From contig RDOB01000004.1 of assembly GCA_011364965.1 (NCBI GenBank), forward strand, positions 180,369 through 244,368: 64,000 nt of DNA. The letters are read 5' to 3'. The position numbers and the translations under genes were made by a program. Shown here in pieces: positions 9,959-18,918 of the stretch. Every line of letters begins with the position of its first letter. Position 1 is the stretch's first letter. The stretch is from Candidatus Heimdallarchaeota archaeon (GTDB taxonomy: Archaea; Asgardarchaeota; Heimdallarchaeia; Hodarchaeales; Hodarchaeaceae). The notes beneath the pieces were generated by a model, which was not told the origin of the DNA, did no database searches, and saw nothing but the letters and a program-made list of their open reading frames with translations.

Positions 9959-10729
9959 ATGTCTCAAACATATTGCGCTAATTGTGGTAAACAAATAAGT
10001 CGAACAGCTAGATTTTGTAGATTTTGTGGCACACCTGCAAGGAAACCAGAGAGTCCTACTCGAAGTCCTTCTTCAAGTACCATTGAATATGCATCTCCCG
10101 AACCTGCAAGAGCCCCAACTCCAACAGTTATAGAACCAGCGGAAAAAATACCTCAAGACATTATTGATACGTTATACGCGAGGAAAAGGAAAGATGAGAT
10201 TAAAATTGAGCTTTCAGAACTTCTCAATGAAGTTGAGGAATTAGGGAAGAAAGTAGAAATTGGCTTACTTACATCTGATGAATCCAAACGTATGACTGAG
10301 GAATTGCAAGGGAAAATAACCATTATTAATGAAGAAAAGAAAGCTTTGCAGGCAAAACCACTCGAGCTAGAAATTCTCAACGAAGACGAGAAGAAATGGT
10401 TACAGCGTTTAGAAAAAATTGAGGAGAAAAAACGAGCCCAAGCTGTTTCAGATGAAGTATATACTTCCCTTAGAGATGAATATGCATCAGAACTCGCTTC
10501 AGTTCAACAGAAGAAAGCTATTGAAGAAAGAAAAGCCAGAAGATGGTTTGTTGACTTACAAAGAGAAACTAGGGAACTTAATATTCAACTCGAAAAACTA
10601 AAAGTAAAAGCTGATGTTGAAAAATTAAGCTCTGAAAAATTAACTCAGGAACTCAAAGATACAGAACTGGAATTGAAAAAGAAAACTGCAGCTGCTGAAA
10701 TTCTATCAGAGGTATTAAGGTCACTTTAG
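9959..10729 (+). CDS. Zinc-ribbon + Pro-rich linker + coiled-coil protein (possibly CdvA-like coiled coil)
   Basis: CANCG...FCRFCG, P/S/T linker, long heptad region with VSDEVY..L..EY. Confidence 0.7.
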   Translation: MSQTYCANCGKQISRTARFCRFCGTPARKPESPTRSPSSSTIEYASPEPARAPTPTVIEPAEKIPQDIIDTLYARKRKDEIKIELSELLNEVEELGKKVEIGLLTSDESKRMTEELQGKITIINEEKKALQAKPLELEILNEDEKKWLQRLEKIEEKKRAQAVSDEVYTSLRDEYASELASVQQKKAIEERKARRWFVDLQRETRELNIQLEKLKVKADVEKLSSEKLTQELKDTELELKKKTAAAEILSEVLRSL

Positions 10730-11988
10730 GCTAACAAAGCGAGAACTTTAGCCTTAATTGAGGCAAATTCTTGAGTCGAGGCTTGTATTTCGTCTTCTAA
10801 CTCTGGTATTCGTGATTTTAGCTTGGGAAGCAAATTTTCTTTTTCATTAAACTCTCGAAGAACCGCGTGAGCCTCTATATACTGGGGAACTCCCTTTAAT
10901 TCTTCCTCGATTAGATTAAGGTTGATTTCTAGATTCCGAATCTTAGCAAACTTTCCTAACACTCTTTTTTCGGTGATAAATGAACGTAAAGAGCTTGAAT
11001 CTTCAAATTCAAACCATGATTTATTACTTAAAAGTTCCAGTCCATGTGTTTGTATTATAAAGACAATTCTTTTCCATAAATCTTCATCAAAACCTTCATA
11101 CCTTGTTGGATCTACTATCATTCCTAATAGTTTATCTCGATCATCAATTGAACGATTTTCTTTACGTTCTATCATACGGATATATCGATCCAAGGAGGTT
11201 GTAATAATTTTTAGAAAGAGAGAGAGCTCGGAATCAGACAATAATTTTTCTTTCTCTGAGAGTATTTGAGGAAAGTTGTGTTTCTCTCGTATTTCCTCGA
11301 TCTGGGTATTAATTGAAGGAAGTTTCTCGTCCAATTCTGCTAGTCTAGCGGAAACAGCTTCTTTTTGAGATTGTATTGTGTCTAAATCAGAAGTAAGAGC
11401 AGAATTTCTTGATTTTGTTTCAATAAGTGAGCTTAAAAGGCGAATCAATGATTGAAGAAACTTTTTACCATCTGAACTCTCTTGAACGAAAATTTTTTCC
11501 TTTTGAATTGTGTTCTGGAGCAATCGATCGATATCATCTTCATTTAATACTGATAGAAATTCCTTCTTCAAATTCTGTAACAGTTTTTCATCTTTTTGCG
11601 TTTTAACAGACGGATTTGGACTTTTCTTGAATTCTAGTTCAATTTTTTTAGCATTATAATCAATTACTTCGAGTTCTTTGCGATAACCTCGTCTTGATCG
11701 AGTTTTAAGCTGGGTTACTGTTTGAAATTGAGATAAATTTTCGAAAACATCAATGCAAACTAAACCGTAACGAAAAATATCTGCAGTGGAAGTGGGGAGA
11801 ATCTCACCTGTAACTTTTGCTTCTTCTACGACTTCCTCAGCGGCTTTGATCAGGGAAATGGTCTTTTCACTTAAACGAAATCCCTTTCGACTTGAATTTA
11901 TATTGAACGAGTCTTCGGGGAAAAATTTTGTACATGCATTTTGGAGTCTTTGTTTTGAGAAGCTTTTAGCATCGAATCGAGTTGCCAT
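10726..11988 (-). CDS. Uncharacterised coiled-coil protein
   Basis: 420-aa ORF with two long charged heptad segments flanking a globular insert. Confidence 0.7.
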   Translation of the reverse strand: MATRFDAKSFSKQRLQNACTKFFPEDSFNINSSRKGFRLSEKTISLIKAAEEVVEEAKVTGEILPTSTADIFRYGLVCIDVFENLSQFQTVTQLKTRSRRGYRKELEVIDYNAKKIELEFKKSPNPSVKTQKDEKLLQNLKKEFLSVLNEDDIDRLLQNTIQKEKIFVQESSDGKKFLQSLIRLLSSLIETKSRNSALTSDLDTIQSQKEAVSARLAELDEKLPSINTQIEEIREKHNFPQILSEKEKLLSDSELSLFLKIITTSLDRYIRMIERKENRSIDDRDKLLGMIVDPTRYEGFDEDLWKRIVFIIQTHGLELLSNKSWFEFEDSSSLRSFITEKRVLGKFAKIRNLEINLNLIEEELKGVPQYIEAHAVLREFNEKENLLPKLKSRIPELEDEIQASTQEFASIKAKVLALLA

Positions 11989-12045
11989 TTTCTAAATTCC
12001 TCTCTTAATGGAGTAAGGTTTACTCAAAAAGGCGATCCTAGAATC

Positions 12046-12711
12046 TCAATCCGAGACTGGAGTCAATAATTCCCAATCACTCATTTTTAGGTTTAAGATC
12101 ATATCTTCCCCATCAGGACATTCAATACGCAAAACTAATTGCTTTTTACTCTGCAAAACAACCTCTGGATGCAAACAACCTTCACGAAGTTTATCTAATA
12201 AGAACCGGACATACGAGTCAGATATTGCAGTCAAAGAACCATCCTGTAGGTTTTCTGCTACAGAACCAGGGAAAATCTGTACGGTCCGCCCACTTCTTTG
12301 GGTTCGTACTAGTCCCACTTTTTCTAGACGATTTAAATGATATCTAACAGTATCATGATGAACTGGAGGATCAATTCCTTGCGCAATCTGACTCTGAAAC
12401 GCACCTGGATTATTCAGAATGTAATTGAAAATTTTCTTCGCCGTATCTGGGCGGAGTACTGTAAAAATGCGCTCTGCTTCTGCGGATCTAAGTCCGGCAG
12501 GATAATAAATTCGCTTACCAGCGAATTTTAAAGATTTAATAAGATGATCCTCTTCTAAGCGTTTCAAATGCCAGTTCAATGTACCTTGGGGTAACTCTAA
12601 ATATTTCGCAAGATCAAAGAAATAAGACCCCGGATTTTCAGCAAGGATTGAGTAAATCTTCCGACGTAAGGGGTGTATTAGGAGGCTAATTTCTTTATCT
12701 TCAGTAATCAT
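12046..12711 (-). CDS. Transcriptional regulator with tandem winged helix-turn-helix domains
   Basis: Two repeats of R.KI...I..NPG...LA....HL.RLE..LI/V. Confidence 0.85.
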   Translation of the reverse strand: MITEDKEISLLIHPLRRKIYSILAENPGSYFFDLAKYLELPQGTLNWHLKRLEEDHLIKSLKFAGKRIYYPAGLRSAEAERIFTVLRPDTAKKIFNYILNNPGAFQSQIAQGIDPPVHHDTVRYHLNRLEKVGLVRTQRSGRTVQIFPGSVAENLQDGSLTAISDSYVRFLLDKLREGCLHPEVVLQSKKQLVLRIECPDGEDMILNLKMSDWELLTPVSD

Positions 12712-13777
12712 ATCAATCTAAACCATCCAACAATGGATACTAAAGAAATTTGTTTGGGTTAAAAAGAATGATGATAAGTATCGACTCAAATATCTTTCGG
12801 AGAGGAAATTTTTATGTTTTTTTCCAGAGAAAAAATATTAATTCAGCATTTTATGCTTAAAACTCTATTTAAAGAAATGTAATAACAAGAAACTGAACTG
12901 TAACAATCCTAACGCAACTAGGATAATGGATATCCAATATATTCGGTGGGTTATTCCATGAAAATCTAATTTATGAGATATTTGAACTTTATCAGCTTCT
13001 AAATAGGAATTAATAAAATTGAAATAAATAATATTTACAAATAAGCTAGAGTAATCTATTAGGATAAGTATTAGAATTATCATGCCCATTCCTAACTCGG
13101 ACGGATTAATAATTCCAAGGAATATAGTAATTAGACCCAGTTTTTTCCAGTATCTAATAATTGCTAGTATCTAGTTTGAAGAGAACGCAATTTTAATTCT
13201 TCTTAAACTGATATACGAAAAATACGAAACAACCCATAAAATATACTACAAAAGATCATATTTCGGAAAATTGAGGTCACTGGATCAATTAATGAGAGGG
13301 ACCCATATTCTCCTACCAATGAAAAGGGGAACGAAAAATAATATGTAAGCCCTTCTATTGGTATCTATTGCTTTAGAACAGGATTCAAAGTATTTATCCA
13401 GTGAAAATGAACCAAAAAATTCGTTGGCATTTCTCCACTCATGTTACGTCAAATTTATTGACCAAAATGTTGAAAACTAACGAAAACATATATTGCTAAA
13501 TATAATGGAACAATTAGCTTTAGATTAAATTATTTTTATCAGTAAAGCTGTCTGCTAGATAAGGGAGGGGTATAAATTAATTAATCATCCTTCAGCGTCA
13601 ACGAGAAATTCTTAGTTAAAGTTACTTATTTAAGTTACTAATTTACTTTTAAAAGACATTCCTGGACAAAAACGTTGCTATAGAGATTAAAATAAGAAGA
13701 GGGAGTGTTGAGAGGAATATGCCTCTCTAAGCCATTCTCTATAGAAGAAATGAATCAAAGACTTCGGAAGGAGAGCA

Positions 13778-14197
13778 TTAGGCAGTAAGAGTAGTAATAT
13801 CTACTTTACTTACACCTTTGATCTCTGCTAGCTCATCTTTCAGCTGATCTTGGGAGATAGTTAAATCACTTGAATCCAAGTACCCTTCATATGTACAACT
13901 GTCTTGGGTGAAACACAATCCAGTGCTATAAAGAGTTTTAATTTTGCTCCGCATAAATACCACACCTAATTCTTGGAGAAAATCAGGTGATAATTCGCCA
14001 ATTTCAATAGCTACTTTAACTACTTCGGGGCTTTTTGTTGGGATTATTCGAATAATTTTCGTAGATGGAGCAAGAATCATAACAGCTGAACTTTCTTCTA
14101 CATCCTTGGGACGTAATGTCTCAAGGAAATCGGCTGGAAGGGAAATTGGTTTTGACTCTTGAAGTTGAATCATTTTTGCGATTGTAACAGCAGACAT
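13778..14197 (-). CDS. Probable AbrB-like + ACT domain regulator
   Basis: N-terminal ISLP.DF...L...IRIIP swapped-hairpin pattern; C-terminal ACT-like pattern ending L..IKGVSKV; GGAGG RBS upstream. Confidence 0.55.
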   Translation of the reverse strand: MSAVTIAKMIQLQESKPISLPADFLETLRPKDVEESSAVMILAPSTKIIRIIPTKSPEVVKVAIEIGELSPDFLQELGVVFMRSKIKTLYSTGLCFTQDSCTYEGYLDSSDLTISQDQLKDELAEIKGVSKVDITTLTA

Positions 14198-14361
14198 ATT
14201 ATCATTTATCCTCCGCTAAGAGCGTTTTCCTAATTTATTGAGGTAATTCTGAAAGTTTAAAACGTTGTTTTAACAAACGTTGATTACAAACAAATTGGTT
14301 GTATTCGCATTTATTAAGGTTTTTATTTTTTGTCATTCTCGGATTTTTACGAGGGCATTTA

Positions 14362-14431
14362 TGCCCGAAAAAGGGATTGAACCTTTGCCTCGAGATATGA
14401 AAAATGAATCGTAGCTTATCGAGTTTCAGGC
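14362..14431 (-). ncRNA. tRNA-like element (intact acceptor stem and T arm, degenerate D and anticodon arms)
   Basis: Minus strand GCCTGAA...GAGGC-AAAGG-TTCAATC-CCTTT-TTCGGGC-A: 7-bp acceptor with one G:U, perfect 5-bp T stem, 70 nt. Confidence 0.45.
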
Positions 14432-14760
14432 GATTTCATCGATGTTAGAGGCAAGTTCCCTCAGATGTATTTTTTGCGTCTAAGTGCCTCTATTCCCTTA
14501 TTATTACCTTTACAATTCTTCTAAATGCCCGTTATTATCTAGTTTAAGCTTGCACTTATTACTCCTTTTTCTGTTTATTAGATTTTAATATGATTTTTCC
14601 CTATTTATGGGTACAAGTACCGTTTAATGGAGTTACAGAAACCTTTAATCAATTAATATGGTAATTTCTTAGAAATCATTGAGTCAGCTGAAAGGTAATG
14701 CTTATTAGGAATTTTTCCTCCTGTCTGATCTGACATTAGTATTTTGAGTGGATTTGAATC

Positions 14761-15387
14761 ATGGTGCTTGATAGAGACATTCGGTTGACTATTCTCGGAA
14801 ATACAGGTGTGGGCAAAACGAGTTTGATCAAACGAATGAAAGGAGACGACCCCACTGTTACGGAGAAGTCTATGGAGATTAATGTAGAGAAGAAAAAAAT
14901 TTCCTTACTCTCAGCCGTAAAACATTCGAAATTAAGCCTCGAACGATATAGGAAATATAACGTCATTGCTGTTGATACGCCAGGTGATTTCAAATTGCGT
15001 AGGAAATGGCGTGAAGCTATGCGTAAATACAAAACTGATGGAATGCTATTTATGCTGGATCCTAGCCAGCCTATTGAGACTCAACGTGTGGCAATGGAAG
15101 ATAGTTTCAATTATTTTCTTGATAGCTTAAGTTTAGACCCTGATAAAGCAGATAAAAAAGCTCGTCAGAAGAAAACTCTTTTTTTCTTTGTGGTGAATAA
15201 GATGGATACAATAGATTACAATTTGGAGCAAGCTAACAGGTTCCTCAGTAATTTTTCCATGGTGATTGATGACTATAAGATGACGTTTCCTTTTGCTGCT
15301 TTTGAACAAGCTTTCATCAGTGTTCTTGAATCGCCCTATGAGGAAATTAATGAAATATTTGAAAAATGCAAAGAAGCTCTCTACTAG
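14761..15387 (+). CDS. Ras-superfamily-like small GTPase (atypical)
   Basis: G1 GNTGVGKT, G3 DTPG, G4 NKMD. Confidence 0.88.
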   Translation: MVLDRDIRLTILGNTGVGKTSLIKRMKGDDPTVTEKSMEINVEKKKISLLSAVKHSKLSLERYRKYNVIAVDTPGDFKLRRKWREAMRKYKTDGMLFMLDPSQPIETQRVAMEDSFNYFLDSLSLDPDKADKKARQKKTLFFFVVNKMDTIDYNLEQANRFLSNFSMVIDDYKMTFPFAAFEQAFISVLESPYEEINEIFEKCKEALY

Positions 15388-15407
15388 AACAAGAGTAGTG
15401 GAGTAGA

Positions 15408-16226
15408 ATGAGTAGATTACATCAAGTGATTGTTGGCAATACCCTAGAAAAAGGACTTGATATTCTTGCAACTACATTAAGTAAAAATCAAATTCGTGAC
15501 ATTACTCCTTTTCTTCCCAAATTCAGGCCACTAAATTTTAATGGATTTTATGTAACTAAGTATCAATACCTACCTGGTAAAATTATGATACAATTTACAT
15601 TTGATTCTGAAACTGATCATTTTGGTAGAGATACTCTTCGCACCCATACGTTAATTATAGATGAAAATTATTATAACGAAAAAACAGCTCTTTTCTTCGT
15701 CTCACCATTAATACACGATCGACTAGATCCTTATAATGAGGTTTTGCTGACTGAGAATGATTTTGAAGAACTCTCTTCTTCTCCTGTTTCTTCCAAGCTC
15801 TTAGAGCAGTGTCTGTGTAGGAAATTCATTGCTCTAATCAGTCCATCTGAAATAAATCAGAAAGATGTAATCTTAATATTCGCAACTTTAGATCGTGCTA
15901 TCCCTCCTCCTTTCAATCGATTGTTTTCATTTCAAACAATGGTTTCATTAGATATAAAGAATATACCTAAAAAGCGATCTATTATTTATTCAGCTGGTGA
16001 ATTTCCAAATACTATTAATATCGATGATATCAAATTTAAGGAGTCAGAATTTAGTATAATTAAGGCTATTTCTACTTCTATTGACAATTTAATAGATTTA
16101 AGAGAGCAACAAAAGAAACTATTTTCAGAAAAACTGGAGAAACGTTTGAAAATGAAAATCCAGTGGCGGTTTGGAGTAAAACTTTACTCTGATGTCAAAG
16201 AAAATCTCTCTGATTATTTTTACTGA
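15408..16226 (+). CDS. Uncharacterised GTPase-associated protein (GAP1-N/M or DENN-like pattern)
   Basis: 20 bp downstream of the GTPase, same strand; D.FGR....TH motif and LDRAIPP....LFSFQT motif. Confidence 0.5.
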   Translation: MSRLHQVIVGNTLEKGLDILATTLSKNQIRDITPFLPKFRPLNFNGFYVTKYQYLPGKIMIQFTFDSETDHFGRDTLRTHTLIIDENYYNEKTALFFVSPLIHDRLDPYNEVLLTENDFEELSSSPVSSKLLEQCLCRKFIALISPSEINQKDVILIFATLDRAIPPPFNRLFSFQTMVSLDIKNIPKKRSIIYSAGEFPNTINIDDIKFKESEFSIIKAISTSIDNLIDLREQQKKLFSEKLEKRLKMKIQWRFGVKLYSDVKENLSDYFY

Positions 16227-16423
16227 TTCATTTCCTTTAATATGTCCTTAATCAGCAGGATTACATCGGAATCTCCATCATTTAGGAGGGCTTTTTCTAA
16301 AAATTCTCTACTTCCTTCAAAATTATATTTCGCAATAAATTTGGCTGCAAACATCCGCTCGAATTTATCTGGATCGTTACGTAATTTATCAATCATTGAA
16401 AGCAGTAACTCTGATTCGGTCAA
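16220..16423 (-). CDS. Small HEAT-repeat protein
   Basis: L.NDPD..ER..AA..I...L.KAL.ND.D.DV HEAT/PBS-lyase pattern. Confidence 0.65.
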   Translation of the reverse strand: MTESELLLSMIDKLRNDPDKFERMFAAKFIAKYNFEGSREFLEKALLNDGDSDVILLIKDILKEMNQ

Positions 16424-16551
16424 TCTTCTCAGTATATCAATTTTAAAATCCCTTTAATAGCTTGTTTTTTTCGAAACCAAATAGAGATCTGATTGGAATC
16501 TCTGGTCATATATAATATTATACTGATCGTAAGATCCTTCTGATAGATGTA

Positions 16552-17268
16552 TTGAAAATGAATTCTCCCATTATATCTCCCCTGAGTGAGGATCAAATAA
16601 ATGCCATCCTGAATAAATTAGAAAAGGCAACTCAGCAACTTATGGATCCTGTAGTTACCAATATTTCAAAAGAAAGAAAAGATCCATTTCGAATCTTAAT
16701 TGCAACCATTCTTAGTCTCAGAACTAAGGATGAAGCGACCTATAAGGCGAGTATAGAGCTTTTTGAACATGCTGATACTCCTCAGAAGATATTGGCGCTT
16801 CCTCAAAAGAAACTAGAAGAGATTATCTATCCAGTTGGATTTTATAAGAGAAAAAGTGAGACAATTAGAAACATTTGTCAGCGATTGATAGATGAGTTTG
16901 ATGGAATAGTACCTGATTCCCTCAATGAATTATTAAGCTTTAAAGGAGTCGGAAGAAAAACAGCAAACCTTGTTATAACGATGGGGTATGGTAAACCTGG
17001 AATTTGTGTTGATGTACATGTAATGAGAATTACACAAAGAATCGGAATTGTCCCAATAAAGGGTATAAAGGATAACAAAGCTGTATTCCGAGATGCTGAT
17101 AACGTAGAAATGATATTAAGAGAAATTTTACCTAAAAAATGGTGGATTCCTATTAATGACATTCTTGTACGCTGGGGTCAAAACATTTGCTCTCCTATTA
17201 GTCCCAAATGTAGTCAGTGTGTGATTAATGATTCATGTAATCAGGTGAGCGTTGTTAAACACCGCTAA
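16552..17268 (+). CDS. nth: Endonuclease III (HhH-GPD glycosylase)
   Basis: PF.ILIATILS.RTKD, L..F.GVGRKTAN, ICVDVHV.RI, C.P.SPKCSQC.I...C Fe-S motif. Confidence 0.95.
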   Translation: MKMNSPIISPLSEDQINAILNKLEKATQQLMDPVVTNISKERKDPFRILIATILSLRTKDEATYKASIELFEHADTPQKILALPQKKLEEIIYPVGFYKRKSETIRNICQRLIDEFDGIVPDSLNELLSFKGVGRKTANLVITMGYGKPGICVDVHVMRITQRIGIVPIKGIKDNKAVFRDADNVEMILREILPKKWWIPINDILVRWGQNICSPISPKCSQCVINDSCNQVSVVKHR

Positions 17269-17293
17269 ATCATATATTACGAAATAAATTTTA

Positions 17294-18442
17294 TTAATAT
17301 TGCATTTTGGATTGTCTTATGGTCTTAAAGGAGCCTGATACATATTTTTCTGTTTCTTGTCCCCCTCGGAAGGTGTTGGTATTGAATCCACAAGTTTTCG
17401 CTAGCGAATATGAAATAAATTCCACAGGGATTGTAAACACTAATGGCGAGAGCACCTGAGTTGAAGGGAGAGGGAGGGGTATTGAGTTTGTGATTTCCTC
17501 TTTAGATAATTCTTCATTCATCAGGATAAGAGTTTTTGTTTCAATTAACTCTCTTAGAACTGGTTCGATTTCTAAACTTCGAGATAAAGATACTGAATCA
17601 GGAGCAATGAATATTACAGAGGATTTCTTATTTGTAATAAAGTACTTTGTGTGACAGTATTCTTCTATATCCGCATAATATCCATCTATAGTAAATTCGA
17701 ACATTTTATAGGCTCCAAATAAACTAGTAGGCCTATTTGCACCTGAGGACACAAATATAACGCGATCAGCAGCCTTTACCATTTCTTTTCCTGCATTAAG
17801 AAAATTTTCTTTTTGTGCTATAACTTTAGGAATGATTTCAAAGGCTTTTGTAATATCTTCCATCAGTACGTCAGTATTAGGGGAAATGTGAGCCATAAGA
17901 ATGCTTAAAGCAGCAATATTGCCTAAATATGTTTTCGTTTGAGCAACATCATGATGATAACCGGTATAGTTTTTTGCATCTTCAGTTTCATATGAGGAAA
18001 TTTGCAGGGCTTCAATAGGAGAAGTTGAGAGAAAAACTGCTTTATCTGATTCTTGTGCAACTTTTCCCTTTGGATTATCAGTAAAGCTAATTGTTTTTAG
18101 TCCCTGCTTTTTGGCATACCGAAGAGCCTCCAGAACACGCAAAGTTCCCCCAGATACTGAAATTCCAAGGAGTGCAGCGTTTTTTTGATTGGATTGGGTA
18201 TAATTTACATATTCAAATGGAGCATAATGAGAAATTTGAAGTTTGGGACATACTTCGTTTCCTAGAATTGAACCATACCAAGCTGCACAATAGCTGTCAC
18301 CTGAACCTGTCAGAATTAAGTGTTCTATATCTTCTTCTTGTAAGAAATTAGCTAATGCTTCAATTTGAGGGTTCGCTAAAATCCTTCTCAGCACATCTGG
18401 CTGTTCTAGCATCTCTGACATCATATAGTCGTCTAAAGTCAC
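17294..18442 (-). CDS. Double SIS-domain sugar-phosphate isomerase/deaminase (GlmS C-terminal-like)
   Basis: M..E..EQP, TGSGDSY, ISVSGGT, KM.E, EEY.H; no glutaminase domain. Confidence 0.85.
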   Translation of the reverse strand: MTLDDYMMSEMLEQPDVLRRILANPQIEALANFLQEEDIEHLILTGSGDSYCAAWYGSILGNEVCPKLQISHYAPFEYVNYTQSNQKNAALLGISVSGGTLRVLEALRYAKKQGLKTISFTDNPKGKVAQESDKAVFLSTSPIEALQISSYETEDAKNYTGYHHDVAQTKTYLGNIAALSILMAHISPNTDVLMEDITKAFEIIPKVIAQKENFLNAGKEMVKAADRVIFVSSGANRPTSLFGAYKMFEFTIDGYYADIEEYCHTKYFITNKKSSVIFIAPDSVSLSRSLEIEPVLRELIETKTLILMNEELSKEEITNSIPLPLPSTQVLSPLVFTIPVEFISYSLAKTCGFNTNTFRGGQETEKYVSGSFKTIRQSKMQY

Positions 18443-18918
18443 ATAAATCGCCTTTTTGATGAATCTAACTGCCCTAATTGTGGTATTCGATATCTTTAAG
18501 CAAATTTGTAGTCGTCAAATCTTTGTTGTCGATAACCTAAGCTGTACATTTTTTTCAAAAAATTTTATGTAATAGAGGATTTATGAGTAGCGCTGGTCTT
18601 ATGTCTGCTGGTCACTTTTTTCTCTCCTCTACTGTTCTTCCAATACTGTTTATCCTCTCCACTGATGTGTAATAGTTTTTTTAAATTACTCTTCCTTATA
18701 GTTCTGAATAGAGTAGTTCGGGATTGTGGCCAACTCAAATTTTCCAAAGAGTATTATCTTGGAGTTTATTAAATGAAGCAAGTTCCAACAAGGATTAAAT
18801 GCCATTGAAGAATATTTACCGAAGGTTAACCAATCTCAATGCGATTTGAACATGGGATACATCCACAAAAGCCACTAGAATAGAACTAACTATAGTATCA
18901 CACAATGGTGATCAAATA

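Noticed and set aside
14362-14431. Functional tRNA-Met/Ile(CAT)
   Set aside because: No U8, no D-loop GG and no anticodon stem; kept only as a tRNA-like element
14353-14530. MITE defined by GGGCATTTA terminal repeats
   Set aside because: No target-site duplication and no second copy or transposase seen in the window
18565-18747. 60-aa ORF upstream of the LRR gene
   Set aside because: TTG start, no recognisable motif; not distinguishable from chance
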